Of a DNA stretch of 64,000 nt, positions 49,738-60,700 are shown in pieces (within the stretch, counting starts at the first letter, position 1; each line of letters starts with the position of its first letter). Below the pieces are notes generated by a model. The model did not search any database, was not told where the DNA came from, and saw only the letters and a list, made by a program, of their open reading frames with translations. Location: assembly GCA_963599475.1 (NCBI GenBank), contig CAVBXH010000001.1, forward strand, positions 4,602 to 68,601, read 5' to 3'. The position numbers were made by a program, and so were the translations under genes. Origin of the DNA: Acutalibacteraceae bacterium (GTDB lineage Bacteria; Bacteroidota; Bacteroidia; Bacteroidales; Bacteroidaceae).

Positions 49738-50625
49738 ATGACTTCAAGAAAACTGCGGTTCGCCATCGTCGGCAACACCTTCCAAGCCAAGAAGTCGGCA
49801 TCCATCCAGAAGATGCTGTCGTGTCTGGCACTGCATCAGGCCGAAGTGTGCATCGAGCGCGACTTCTACCGCTTCCTCGTGCAGGGGCAACACCTGCCGC
49901 TCGGTGCTGCGGAGGTGTTCGACGGCACGGACTTCGACGCGGACTTCATGGTGTCGATGGGCGGCGACGGCACGTTTCTGAAAACAGCCTCCATGGTGGG
50001 CGCAAAGGGCATTCCCATCCTCGGCATCAACACGGGACGGCTGGGCTTTCTGGCCGACGTCAATCCGCCAGAGATAGAAACCATCATTCAGGCCCTCTAC
50101 GAGGGCGACTATGCCGTGGAGACGCGCGCCGTATTACAAGTGGAGACCGACGGCACAGGGCTGAAAGGCTGTCCCTTCGCCCTCAACGACGTGGCCATCC
50201 TGAAGCGCGACGTGGCCGCCATGATTAGCGTGCGCACCACCATCAACGGCGACTACCTGACCACCTACCAGGCCGACGGTCTCGTGGTCAGCACACCCAC
50301 GGGAAGCACCGCCTATTCGCTCTCCAACGGCGGCCCCATCATCGTGCCTGGCTCCCACGTGTTCTCCATCACTCCCGTGGCCGCTCATTCGCTCAACGTG
50401 CGCCCCATCGTGCTGCCCGAGGACAGCGAGATTACGCTCACCGTGGAGAGCCGTTCGCACAACTTCCTCGTGGCCCTCGACGGACGCTCGGAAAACCTGC
50501 CCGATTCCACGCGGCTCACGCTGCGCAAAGCACCCTACCACGTCAAGGTGGTGAAGCGCACCGAGCAAAAATACTTTTACACCCTGCGCAACAAGATGAT
50601 GTGGGGCGCAGACCAGCGTAGCTGA
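49738..50625 (+). CDS. nadK: NAD kinase
   Basis: GGDGTFL, GINTGRLGFL, ALND, DGLVVSTPTGSTAYSLSNGG motifs. Confidence 0.97.
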   Translation: MTSRKLRFAIVGNTFQAKKSASIQKMLSCLALHQAEVCIERDFYRFLVQGQHLPLGAAEVFDGTDFDADFMVSMGGDGTFLKTASMVGAKGIPILGINTGRLGFLADVNPPEIETIIQALYEGDYAVETRAVLQVETDGTGLKGCPFALNDVAILKRDVAAMISVRTTINGDYLTTYQADGLVVSTPTGSTAYSLSNGGPIIVPGSHVFSITPVAAHSLNVRPIVLPEDSEITLTVESRSHNFLVALDGRSENLPDSTRLTLRKAPYHVKVVKRTEQKYFYTLRNKMMWGADQRS

Positions 50626-50779
50626 GCGCGAAAAACTCCCTGACTGGGAAAATAAAACTTCCTGCCCAGCGGGAAAAATTTCTCTGGGCAGAGAAAAAAT
50701 ATTCGCTGCCCTGCAACTTTTCTTCCCTTCGACAAGTCTAACAGATAACATCAACAAAAAAAACAATACACAAACCACG

Positions 50780-51490
50780 ATGATTCACCTCAAGGACATC
50801 CACAAAACTTATCAGGGCGCACAGCCGCTCCACGTGCTCAAGGGCATCAACCTCGACATCCGGCGCGGCGAGTTCGTCTCCATCATGGGTGCGTCCGGCT
50901 CCGGCAAGTCGACGCTGCTCAACATCCTCGGCATCCTCGACAACTACGACTCGGGCGAATACCAGCTCAACGGCGTGCCCATTTGGAACCTCAGCGAGAC
51001 GCGCGCCGCCGAATACCGCAACCGGATGATTGGCTTCATCTTCCAGTCGTTCAACCTCATCCCGTTCAAGACGGCTGTCGAGAACGTGGAGCTGCCACTC
51101 TTCTACCAGGGCGTGGGGCGGCGCAAGCGCCACCAGCTGGCCATGGACTATCTGGATCGTCTCGGCCTCGCCCCTTGGGCCAGCCACTACCCCAACGAGA
51201 TGTCGGGCGGACAGAAGCAGCGCGTGGCCATTGCCCGCGCACTCATCACTAAGCCGCAGATTATCCTGGCCGACGAACCCACTGGCGCACTGGACTCCAA
51301 GACCAGCGTCGAGGTGATGAACCTGCTGAAGGAGTTGCACGAGAAGGAGCAGATGACCATCGTCGTGGTGACCCACGAAAGCGGCGTGGCCAACGAGACG
51401 GAGAAGGTCATCCACATCAAGGACGGCCTCATCGGTAGCATCGAGGCAAACGCCGACCACCACCTGGTTTCCAAGGACTACGTAAAATAA
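50780..51490 (+). CDS. ABC exporter ATP-binding subunit (MacB/LolD-like)
   Basis: GASGSGKST, GFIFQSFNL, MSGGQKQR, LADEPTGALD motifs. Confidence 0.95.
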   Translation: MIHLKDIHKTYQGAQPLHVLKGINLDIRRGEFVSIMGASGSGKSTLLNILGILDNYDSGEYQLNGVPIWNLSETRAAEYRNRMIGFIFQSFNLIPFKTAVENVELPLFYQGVGRRKRHQLAMDYLDRLGLAPWASHYPNEMSGGQKQRVAIARALITKPQIILADEPTGALDSKTSVEVMNLLKELHEKEQMTIVVVTHESGVANETEKVIHIKDGLIGSIEANADHHLVSKDYVK

Positions 51491-51497
51491 CAGGCTC

Positions 51498-52760
51498 ATG
51501 CGCGAACTTATCAAGGAAATATGGAGCACCTCGCAGCGCAACAAGCTGCGCACGTCGCTCACGGGGTTTGCCGTGGCCTGGGGCATCTTCATGCTCATCT
51601 TCCTGCTGGGAGCAGGCAACGGCATCCTCAACGCGCTGACGCAACAGTCCAACCGCTATCTGGCCAACTCCATCATGATCTATGGCGGCACGACCTCCCA
51701 GGCCTACCGGGGACTGGACAAGGGGCGCGACATCACGCTCAACGAGCGCGACATGCAACTCACCAAGCTCCTGCACGGTGACCACGTGGACGAGGTGGAA
51801 GGCTCACTCTACCAGGGTCCCGTGGACATCAGTCGCGGCAAGGACTACGTGACCTCGCAGACACTGTCGGGTGTCTATCCCGTCCACCCACGCATCGAGA
51901 AGCTGGAAATCGTGGAAGGCCGTTTCATCAACGACATCGACATGAAAGAGCGGCGCAAGGTGGCCGTGCTCAGCCAGACGCAGGCCAAGGAGCTGATGCC
52001 CCGCGACTACCGCGCGCTGACGGGCAAGACCGTAACGGTGCAGGACATGGCCTTCCGCGTGGTCGGCATCTATAAGGACGACGCGTCCAGCTGGAACAGC
52101 GAAGCGTTCATCCCCTACACCACGCTGCAGACCATCTATGCCACGGGCGACAAGGTCGGCGACATCCTGTTCACCATCAAGGGGCTGGAGACCGAGGCCG
52201 CCAACGAGGCTTTCGAGACTGCCTACCGCACCACCATCAACGCCAACCACCAGGCGGCTCCCGACGACGACAGAGCCATCTGGATATGGAACCGCTTCAC
52301 AAGCAACATTCAGATGCACAAAGGCATTGCCATCGTCCACACCGCCCTCTGGATTGTTGGACTCTTCACGCTGCTCAGCGGCATCGTGGGTGTGAGCAAC
52401 ATCATGCTCATCACGGTGAAGGAGCGCACACGCGAGTTTGGCATCCGCAAGGCCATCGGTGCCAAGCCCTTCGCCATCCTGAAACTCATCATCGCCGAGA
52501 GCGTCATCATCACCTCCATGTTCGGCTACATCGGCATGGTGCTCGGTGTGGTGGCCAACGAAATCATGGACGCCACCATCGGCAGCGCCGTCATGGACAC
52601 GGGAATGAACAAAATGACCATATTCGTCAACCCCACCGTCGGGCTGGATGTCTGCATCGGAGCCACCGCTGTCCTCATCATCGCCGGCACCGTGGCCGGG
52701 CTGATTCCTGCCATCAAGGCCGCCCGGATACGTCCCATCGAAGCCTTGAGGGCAGAATAA
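51498..52760 (+). CDS. MacB/FtsX-type ABC permease
   Basis: NKLRTSLT, GVSNIMLITVKERTREFGIRKAIGA, PIEALRAE. Confidence 0.93.
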   Translation: MRELIKEIWSTSQRNKLRTSLTGFAVAWGIFMLIFLLGAGNGILNALTQQSNRYLANSIMIYGGTTSQAYRGLDKGRDITLNERDMQLTKLLHGDHVDEVEGSLYQGPVDISRGKDYVTSQTLSGVYPVHPRIEKLEIVEGRFINDIDMKERRKVAVLSQTQAKELMPRDYRALTGKTVTVQDMAFRVVGIYKDDASSWNSEAFIPYTTLQTIYATGDKVGDILFTIKGLETEAANEAFETAYRTTINANHQAAPDDDRAIWIWNRFTSNIQMHKGIAIVHTALWIVGLFTLLSGIVGVSNIMLITVKERTREFGIRKAIGAKPFAILKLIIAESVIITSMFGYIGMVLGVVANEIMDATIGSAVMDTGMNKMTIFVNPTVGLDVCIGATAVLIIAGTVAGLIPAIKAARIRPIEALRAE

Positions 52761-52784
52761 ACATCCGTAAACACAAGAAACACT

Positions 52785-54035
52785 ATGAGACTGGACATTG
52801 ATACTTACCGGGAAATTCTCGACACCATCACGCGGAACAAGAGCCGCAGCTTCCTCACGGGGTTCGGCGTGTTCTGGGGCGTGTTCATGCTCGTCGCCCT
52901 CATCGGCGGCGGACAGGGGCTACAGGAGAAACTGCAAAACAACTTCGCGGGCTTCGCCAGCAATACGGCACTCATCTGGAACGGCCAAACCACGAAGCCC
53001 TACAAGGGTTTCAACAAGGGACGCGCGTGGAGCATGACGATGAAGGACGTGGAGCGCATCCGCCGACAAGTGCCCGAGCTGGACGTGGTGACGCCGCTGA
53101 TTACCTGCAACAACAGGAAGATGGTCGTCCACGGCGACAAGTCCTTCCGCAGCTCGGTGGAGGGCGTGACGCCCGACTACGCGCAGGTCATGATTCCGCA
53201 GATGTACTACGGCCGCTTCATCAACAGCGTCGACGTGCAGCAGCAACGCAAGGTGTGCGTCCTCGGAAAGCGCATCTACAAGAACCTCTTCCCCAAGGGC
53301 GGCGACCCCTGCGGCCAGACCGTGCGCGTGGACTCCACCTACTACCGCGTAGTGGGCGTGGACTACCGTTCGGGCGACGCCATCAACATCAACGGTAAGC
53401 GCGACGAGACCATCTCCCTGCCGCAGTCCGTGTTGCAGGCAGTCTACAACCGGGGCGAGGAGGTGGACCTAATTGCCGTGACGGCAAAGCCCGGCGTGGT
53501 GATGAGCAGTCTGACCGACCACATCCGCGCCGTGATCAGTCATGCGCACACCATCGCCCCCAACGACGAGCGCGCCGTGACCGTGTTCAATACGGAACTG
53601 ACCTTCGCCATCGTGGACAACCTCTTCAAGGGGGTCAACATCCTCATCTGGATGGTGGGCATCGGGACTCTGCTGGCTGGAGCCATCGGCGTGTCGAACA
53701 TCATGATGGTGACGGTGAAGGAGCGCACCACCGAAATCGGCATCCGCCGCGCTATCGGAGCTACACCGAGAGCCATTCTCTCGCAGATTATCGCGGAGAG
53801 CATCGTGCTGACGCTGGTAGCCGGAATGAGCGGCATCCTCTGCGGCGTAGCCATCCTGCAGATGCTGGAGCTGATGAACACGGAGGACGGCATTCTCACC
53901 GCCCACTTCCAAATCAACTTCTGGACGGCACTGCTCGCTGCCGCCATGGTCTGCCTGCTGGGCGGACTGGCCGGAATGGCTCCTGCCTGGCGCGCCATGA
54001 GCATCAAGCCTGTCGACGCCATGAGAGACGAATGA
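52785..54035 (+). CDS. MacB/FtsX-type ABC permease
   Basis: NKSRSFLT, GVSNIMMVTVKERTTEIGIRRAIGA, PVDAMRDE. Confidence 0.93.
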   Translation: MRLDIDTYREILDTITRNKSRSFLTGFGVFWGVFMLVALIGGGQGLQEKLQNNFAGFASNTALIWNGQTTKPYKGFNKGRAWSMTMKDVERIRRQVPELDVVTPLITCNNRKMVVHGDKSFRSSVEGVTPDYAQVMIPQMYYGRFINSVDVQQQRKVCVLGKRIYKNLFPKGGDPCGQTVRVDSTYYRVVGVDYRSGDAININGKRDETISLPQSVLQAVYNRGEEVDLIAVTAKPGVVMSSLTDHIRAVISHAHTIAPNDERAVTVFNTELTFAIVDNLFKGVNILIWMVGIGTLLAGAIGVSNIMMVTVKERTTEIGIRRAIGATPRAILSQIIAESIVLTLVAGMSGILCGVAILQMLELMNTEDGILTAHFQINFWTALLAAAMVCLLGGLAGMAPAWRAMSIKPVDAMRDE

Positions 54036-54086
54036 CACGCGTGTATCCTTATTATTTATAACTGGAAAGCAAAAACAAAAAACGAT

Positions 54087-55199
54087 ATGAAAAAGTATTC
54101 CAAATTGATTATTGCGGCCATCGTCGCCCTGGTGTTCATCGGAACGTTCGTGTTCCTCTACCAGAAGTCACTGCCGCAGGAGATTCAGTACAGCGAGTTG
54201 AAACCCGAGGTGAAGGACATCGTGCAGTCCACCATCATCACCGGCAAGATTGAGCCGCGCAACGAGGTGAACATCAAGCCGCAGATCAGCGGCATCATCA
54301 GCGAGCTGTGCAAGGAGGCCGGAGACTATGTGCAGGCCGGCGAGGTCATCGCCAAAGTGAAGGTCATTCCCGACATGGCGCAACTCAGCTCAGCGGAGAG
54401 CCGCGTGCGCCTGGCCACGCTCAACCTGCGCCAGGCCGAGGTGGACCACGAGCGCGAGAAGAACCTCTACGACCAGAAGCTCGTGTCGGCCGACGAATAC
54501 GACAAGGTGCGGCAGCAGATGCGGCAGGCAGCGGAGGAGGTGAAAGCAGCGCAGGACGCACTGGAAGTGGTGCGCGACGGCGTTTCGAAGTCCAACGCCA
54601 ACGCCTCGTCGACACTGGTGCGCTCCACTGTCAGCGGCGTCATCCTCGACATTCCCGTGAAGGTCGGCAACTCCGTCATCCTCAGCAACACGTTCAACGA
54701 CGGTACGACCATCGCCTCCGTGGCCAATATGAACGACCTCATCTTCCGCGGCAACATCGACGAGACGGAGGTGGGCCGCCTTGTGACGGGCATGGCCATG
54801 AAGATTACCGTTGGAGCAATACAGGACATGAAGCTGGACGCCAATCTGGAATACATCTCACCGAAGGCCACGGCGAACAACGGGGCCAACCAGTTTGAGG
54901 TGAAGGCCGCCATCCAGACTGTGGAGGGCGGAAAGGTGCGCTCGGGCTATAGTGCCAACGCCGAGATCGTGCTGGCCAAGGCCGCGAAGGTGATTGCCAT
55001 ACCGGAGAGTGCCGTCGAGTTCAAGGGCGACTCTGCCTTCGTCTATCTCGTTCAGGGCAGCGGCGAGGAGAAGAGCTACCGCCGCCAGGCCATCGTGACG
55101 GGACTGAGCGACGGTGTGGACATCGAGGTAAAGAAGGGGCTGAGCGTGAAGGACAAGGTGCGCGGCCCGCAGATTATTGCCGATAACAACGAAGAATAA
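54087..55199 (+). CDS. Efflux periplasmic adaptor (MacA-like membrane fusion protein)
   Basis: N-terminal TM, IKPQISGII lipoyl half, coiled coil, IDETEVG, TGLSDG. Confidence 0.92.
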   Translation: MKKYSKLIIAAIVALVFIGTFVFLYQKSLPQEIQYSELKPEVKDIVQSTIITGKIEPRNEVNIKPQISGIISELCKEAGDYVQAGEVIAKVKVIPDMAQLSSAESRVRLATLNLRQAEVDHEREKNLYDQKLVSADEYDKVRQQMRQAAEEVKAAQDALEVVRDGVSKSNANASSTLVRSTVSGVILDIPVKVGNSVILSNTFNDGTTIASVANMNDLIFRGNIDETEVGRLVTGMAMKITVGAIQDMKLDANLEYISPKATANNGANQFEVKAAIQTVEGGKVRSGYSANAEIVLAKAAKVIAIPESAVEFKGDSAFVYLVQGSGEEKSYRRQAIVTGLSDGVDIEVKKGLSVKDKVRGPQIIADNNEE

Positions 55200-55217
55200 C
55201 CGGAAAGGAGGAAAAGC

Positions 55218-56570
55218 ATGAAACACTCTATTACTCTGCGCACGGGACTGGCTCTCTCCGTCCTGTTGCTCTCCACATCCATGGCCACAGCACAGGGCAG
55301 TGCCCCGCGACAGTGGTCGCTCCGCGAATGTGCGGAATACGCCGTCAGCCACAACATCAGCATCCGCCAGCAAGACCTCCAGCGGCAGCAACAGGAGGTG
55401 CAGCTCAACACGGCGCGCAACAGCCGCCTGCCCGACCTCAACGCCTCCGCCAGCGAGTCGTTCTCGTTCGGCCGCGGACTGACGATGGAGAACACCTACG
55501 CCAACCGCAACACCGCCAGCACCTCGTTCGGACTGAGCACCTCCGTGCCGCTGTTCACGGGCTTCGAGATTCCCAACACCGTGCGCCTGCGCCAGCTCAA
55601 CCTTGAGGCGGCGACGCAGGACTTGGAGAAGGCACGGAACGACGTGCGCATGCAGGTGGCGCAAGCCTACGTGCAGATTCTCTACGATAAGGAGATGGGC
55701 GACGTGGCGCGTCGGCAGGTGGGCATCGACTCTCTGCAGGTGGAGCGGCTGAAGGCCTTCGTGGCCGACGGAAAAGCCAGTGCGGCGGAGCTGTCGCAGC
55801 AGCAGGCCACCCTCGGCCAGTCGCTGCTGACGGCGACGCAGGCCGACAACAATACGCGCTTGGCGTTGCTCGACCTCTCGCAACTGTTGGAACTGGACAC
55901 ACCCGAGGGCTTCGACATCGTGCGTCCGGAGACGGACGGACTGCTGGACGTGCCCGCCAACCCCGACGTGGTCTTTGCCGAGGCACTGACCCTCAAACCC
56001 GAGGTGCAGGCCGAACAGCTGCGGCTCGACGCCACGGCACACAGCATCCGCATCGCACAGGCAGGCTATTACCCCACCCTGTCGCTCAGCGGCGGACTGC
56101 AGAGCAACTACTACCGCACCAGCGGCATCGCCGCCGAGGGCTTCGGCAAGCAGCTGAAGAACAACTTCGCGCAGTACATCGGCATCAACCTCAACATCCC
56201 CATCTTCAACCGCTTCAGCACGCGCAACGGTGTGCGCTCGGCACAGTTGGAGCGCGACAATCAGCGGCTGCAACTGGAGAGCGTGAAGAAACGGCTCTAC
56301 AAGGAAATCCAGCAGGTCTACTACAATGCTGTGGCGGCGCAGCGCAAATACGAGAGCAGTCTGCTGGCGCGCACCTCCAGCCAGGATGCCTTCACGCTGA
56401 CGCAGGCCAAATACGAGAACGGGAAGGCCACCGTCACCGAGTTCAACGAGGCCAAGAACCAGTTTCTCAAGGCCGAGAGCGACCTCGTGCAGGCACGCTA
56501 CGAACACCTGTACCAGACCACCCTGCTCGACTTCTACCGCGGAAAAACCCTGCAGTGGCCCAATCCTTGA
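55218..56570 (+). CDS. TolC family outer membrane protein
   Basis: Signal peptide, WSLRECAEYA, RLPDLNAS, YYPTLSL, IPIFNRF, KYENG. Confidence 0.92.
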   Translation: MKHSITLRTGLALSVLLLSTSMATAQGSAPRQWSLRECAEYAVSHNISIRQQDLQRQQQEVQLNTARNSRLPDLNASASESFSFGRGLTMENTYANRNTASTSFGLSTSVPLFTGFEIPNTVRLRQLNLEAATQDLEKARNDVRMQVAQAYVQILYDKEMGDVARRQVGIDSLQVERLKAFVADGKASAAELSQQQATLGQSLLTATQADNNTRLALLDLSQLLELDTPEGFDIVRPETDGLLDVPANPDVVFAEALTLKPEVQAEQLRLDATAHSIRIAQAGYYPTLSLSGGLQSNYYRTSGIAAEGFGKQLKNNFAQYIGINLNIPIFNRFSTRNGVRSAQLERDNQRLQLESVKKRLYKEIQQVYYNAVAAQRKYESSLLARTSSQDAFTLTQAKYENGKATVTEFNEAKNQFLKAESDLVQARYEHLYQTTLLDFYRGKTLQWPNP

Positions 56571-56608
56571 GCACTGCAGGGGCTTACAGCTCTGCGAGCG
56601 CTTTGGCC

Positions 56609-56640
56609 GTCACCAGTCGGCTTCGAGCCGACATGGTGAC
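56609..56640 (+). terminator. GC-rich hairpin after the tolC-like gene
   Basis: GTCACCA-GTCGGCT-TCG-AGCCGAC-A-TGGTGAC; no clear U-run. Confidence 0.5.
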
Positions 56641-56781
56641 AGCGACAAGGCAAAATACTACTAGTGTCTATTCCAAAGATTTTTTCAGCTTCATAGAAAT
56701 AATGGTGTAAATGTTTGGCAGTTACAACAACAAATCGTAACTTTGCGGACGAATCAAACGATAATTAAGGAGACGGAAAAA

Positions 56782-57675
56782 ATGGAAGAACTAAGAGATA
56801 GGTATATACGCTTTGACTGGGCTATTAAACGCCTGTTGCGACAAAAGGCCAACTTCGGTGTCCTCGAAGGGTTTCTCACCGTATTCATAGGTGAACCTAT
56901 CAAAATCGTTGAGATCCTGGAAAGTGAAGGCAACCAACAGGCAGAAGACGACAAGTTCAACCGGGTAGACATCAAGGCTAAAAACAGCAAGGGCGATATT
57001 ATTATCGTAGAAATTCAGAATACGAGCGAATTGTATTATCTGGAACGTGTACTCTATGGTGTGGCAAAGGCCATTACCGAGCACATCAATCTCGGGGATA
57101 CGTACAAGGAAGTGAAGAAAGTTTATTCCATCAGCATTCTCTACTTTGACTTGGGCAAGGGTTCTGACTACATTTACGTGGGTCAGAATAATTTTGTAGG
57201 CTTGCATACGAAAGACAACCTCATCATCAGCACCAAGGAGAAGGAAACGATCGTCAGAAAGTCTCCCTCCGAAATCTTCCCAACCTATATGTTGGTAAGG
57301 GTGAATGAGTTTAACAAAGTCGCCAAGTCTCCCATAGAGGAATGGGTGAGTTATCTAAAGAATGGCATTATCAAGCCAGACGCGACTGCTCCGGGATTGC
57401 AGGAGGCACGCGAGAAGTTGAAGTACTATTCCATGTCCAATGCAGAGCGCTATGCTTATGATGAGCATGTCAATGCCATCATGATTCAGAATGATGTTTT
57501 AGGTAATGCCAAGTTGGAAGGACGTGCAGAAGGGCGTGCAGAAGGACGTACGGAAGAAAGGATAGAAAACGCAAAACGTTTCCTTGCAATGGGGCTCTCT
57601 CCACAACAAGTTGCAGAGGGCACAATGTTACCCTTAGAAGATGTTGAAAAATTGGTAAAATCAGACAAGAGATAA
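56782..57675 (+). CDS. Rpn family / PD-(D/E)XK_2 nuclease-like protein
   Basis: RFDWAIKRLL, RVDI...IIVEIQ, KVYSISILYFD, C-terminal EGRAEGRAEGR repeats and HTH-like tail. Promoter TTTG 56714-56717 and TAACTTTG 56738-56745. AT-rich. Confidence 0.9.
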   Translation: MEELRDRYIRFDWAIKRLLRQKANFGVLEGFLTVFIGEPIKIVEILESEGNQQAEDDKFNRVDIKAKNSKGDIIIVEIQNTSELYYLERVLYGVAKAITEHINLGDTYKEVKKVYSISILYFDLGKGSDYIYVGQNNFVGLHTKDNLIISTKEKETIVRKSPSEIFPTYMLVRVNEFNKVAKSPIEEWVSYLKNGIIKPDATAPGLQEAREKLKYYSMSNAERYAYDEHVNAIMIQNDVLGNAKLEGRAEGRAEGRTEERIENAKRFLAMGLSPQQVAEGTMLPLEDVEKLVKSDKR

Positions 57676-57707
57676 ACCTTTAGGCTTCGACTGTCGTCAC
57701 TGAAAAT

Positions 57708-60700
57708 ATGAAGTCCCTAAGACTCTTCCTGCTTCTATTGTTCCTTTCCCTTGGCTGGATGGATGCCTATGGAAGCTATACGTTTCGGCTGATTGACACC
57801 GCCAACGGATTGCCGGACAACGAGGTGAGGGCTTTCTTCACGCTCCCTGACGGCCGCTGGGGCGTTCGCTCCACCACCGGGCTGTCGCTCTACGACGGCT
57901 GCGGCATCCGCACCTTCCCTTCGACGGGCGACGATGCCTGGCGGATGAATTATGTCAGCTCGCTGCCCTACGTCTATGTCGACGCCCGGCAGCGGGTGTG
58001 GGTCAAAGAACCGGGGAGGCTTTTTGTCTTTGACACCACCACAGAAACCTATCTGCGCGACTTCCCGACGCTGCTGTCCGACATGGGCATCGGAGAGACG
58101 GTCTGCGATTTCTACGTCGACGATGCCAAGGACTACTGAGTCGTCACGGCCAGCGGCCGCCTGCTGCTGTCGCATGACGGGAAGAGCACGCCCATGAAGG
58201 TGAAGGCCGATGGCGTGAGAGACATTTGCAGGGTCGGCAACCAGGCGTGGCTGGTGTATGGCGACGGACGGTTGACGCTGCTGGACATCAAGGTCAACCG
58301 GGTGCTCGCCACGCAGACGCTGTGGCAGGGCAAGGTGCTTGACCGCGACTTTGTGCGCTTGACCAGGTATGACAACCACCTGTGGGCGATGTGGAACCAC
58401 GGCGTGGCCTACTGCCGCCTTCCCAGCACGCAATGGAAGCAACTTTACCATGCGCCCCACAGCACACTGGTCGCCATCTGTGCCGATGCCGGCGGGAAGG
58501 CGTTCGTCGGTGTCCGTCACGGCGGACTGCTGACACTGGACTGCCAAGGCAACCACTGGATACAGGCCGTCTTCCCGACCATATCGGGCGATCGACTGGT
58601 GGACGATGTCCAGACAATGTCCACCGTCAACAGCACACTGGTGTTGGGGCTTTATGCCAAGGGACTGTGTCTGTACAATGCCAGTATGGAAACCTTCCCG
58701 TTCGTTTCGTTCAGCGATTACCACTTTACAGGCACCGGCAACTACCAAATGGCGGACGGTGCGAATGGAACGTGCCTGATAGTCTGTTCCAACGGGATGT
58801 GGCAGTTCGACTCTGCGAACCGATCGCTGACCGCATACACGGCACTGGCCATGGGCAAGGATTTCATCCGCAGCTTCCGGGACAGCCGGGGGCGAGTGTG
58901 GACAGGCACTTTCCGGCAGGGAATGTACTGCGTCGGACTGCACGGCGACGTTACGCATTACCAGCAAGGCGAGGCAGCTGCCCAGGATGTGAACTACGAC
59001 ATTGTGCGCAGCTTTGCCGAAGACGCAGGGGGGGGGGCGCATCTGGGTGAGCTATCACGGAGGCATCGGCCGCGTGGACGAACAAAGGCGGTGCATCGTG
59101 CCCGTCCGCCACAAGCGACTGGAGGGTGTCACGAACATCAACGTGATTGCCTTCGACCGTCAGCAGAACCTGTGGCTCGCCACCAATGATGGTCTGTTCC
59201 GCTATTCGTCCACAGGCAACCGGGTGCTGGCGGCCAACGACCTTGTCAAGGATAAGGAGACGGCGGAACAGCTGCGCGGCCTCTGCCGCATGGTCTATGT
59301 AGACTCCCGCAACCTCGTATGGGTGGGAACGTTCAACGGATTATATGTCATTGACGCGCAAAGCGGAGCATCCCGTTTCTACGGCAAACCGCAGGGCATG
59401 CCGAACGAGATGATACAGGGCATCATCGAAGACCGGCTGGGCAACGTATGGGTGACGACGGCCAACGGCCTCTGTCAGTTTCAGCATCATCGCGGCGCAT
59501 TCCAGTTGACCGTGTTCGACGCACAGAACAAGTTGGGCGACTCTAAGTTCCTGCCGATGGCAGTGGCACACGGGGCCGACGGGCGACTGCTGTTCGGCTG
59601 TGCCGACGGCTTCTACATCGTCGACCCGGTACTGCACGGCATTTCGCCTTACAAAGGCCATCCGATACTGACCGCCCTCGTGGTCAACAACCAGCCTATC
59701 GTGGCCGGAAAGGAGTATAATGGCAGGATACTGCTTCCGATGGCACTGACCGCCACGCGGAAGATCGTGCTGAAACACGACGAGAACTTTCTGTCGTTCC
59801 GCTTCTCAGGTCTGAATTTCGACATGCCCCACCACACCTATTATAAATATCGGCTCAAGGGTGTGGACGAACAATGGATAGAGACCAGTCCGCAGGACGG
59901 CGTGGGCAGTGCCAACTACACCAGCCTTGCTCCAGGCAACTACGAGCTGGAAGTCTTCTCGGCCGGGTTCAACAAGGTGTGGAGCAAGCAGTCCGCCAAG
60001 CTAGAGATTGTCGTCGAGCCGCCACTTTGGGCTACATGGTGGGCCAAGACGCTCTACCTGTTGCTCTGCGTCGCCGCCATCGTGGCCGTTTTCCGATGGA
60101 AGACGGAGCAGAACCGCAAGCGGCTGGAGAACGAGAAATACAAGGAACTGGAGGAGATGAAATACCGCTTCTTCACCAACATCAGCCACGAGTTCCGCAC
60201 GTTGCTGACGCTCATCATCACGCCCATCGGAATCCTGCTACGGCGCGCCACCGACGACGAGACGCGCCAGCAGTTGGGCGACGTGAGCAAGAGTGCGGGC
60301 GACCTGCTGCAGTTGGTGAACCAGTTGCTCGACTTCCGCAAGATGGAGATGAACGGCGAGCGGCTGAACCTGACGAGCGGCAATCTGAACGAGTTCGTCC
60401 AGTACACCGCCATGAAGTTCACGCCGCTGTCAGAACAGAAAGCCATCGCCCTGTCCTTTGAAGACCGGACGGGGGGCCTGTTCATGTACTTCGACCGCGA
60501 CAAGGTGGGGAAGATGCTGACCAACCTCCTCTCCAACGCCTTCAAGTTCACGAAAGCCGACGGGCAGGTGCGCGTCACACTGGAGAAACATCTGGCGGAC
60601 AACCGCCGCTACGCTTGCATCACGGTGAAAGACACGGGCTGCGGCATCGCCCCCGGAGAGCAAAGTCACGTGTTTGAGCGGTTCTACCGCGCGGAACAGG

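Noticed and set aside
56619..57690. GGCTTCGA at 56619 and 57683 as a target-site duplication around the Rpn gene
   Set aside because: Only 8 bp, the left copy is inside a hairpin, and there are no terminal inverted repeats; compatible with chance.
58137..58139. TGA recoded as Trp or selenocysteine
   Set aside because: TGA is the evident stop of many genes here (trpD, trpC, nadK) and Trp is encoded by TGG elsewhere; a point mutation or error is simpler.
60181..60215. HTCS H-box reads HEFRTLLT instead of HEFRTPLT
   Set aside because: The phospho-accepting His is present; without an alignment this cannot be called a lesion.
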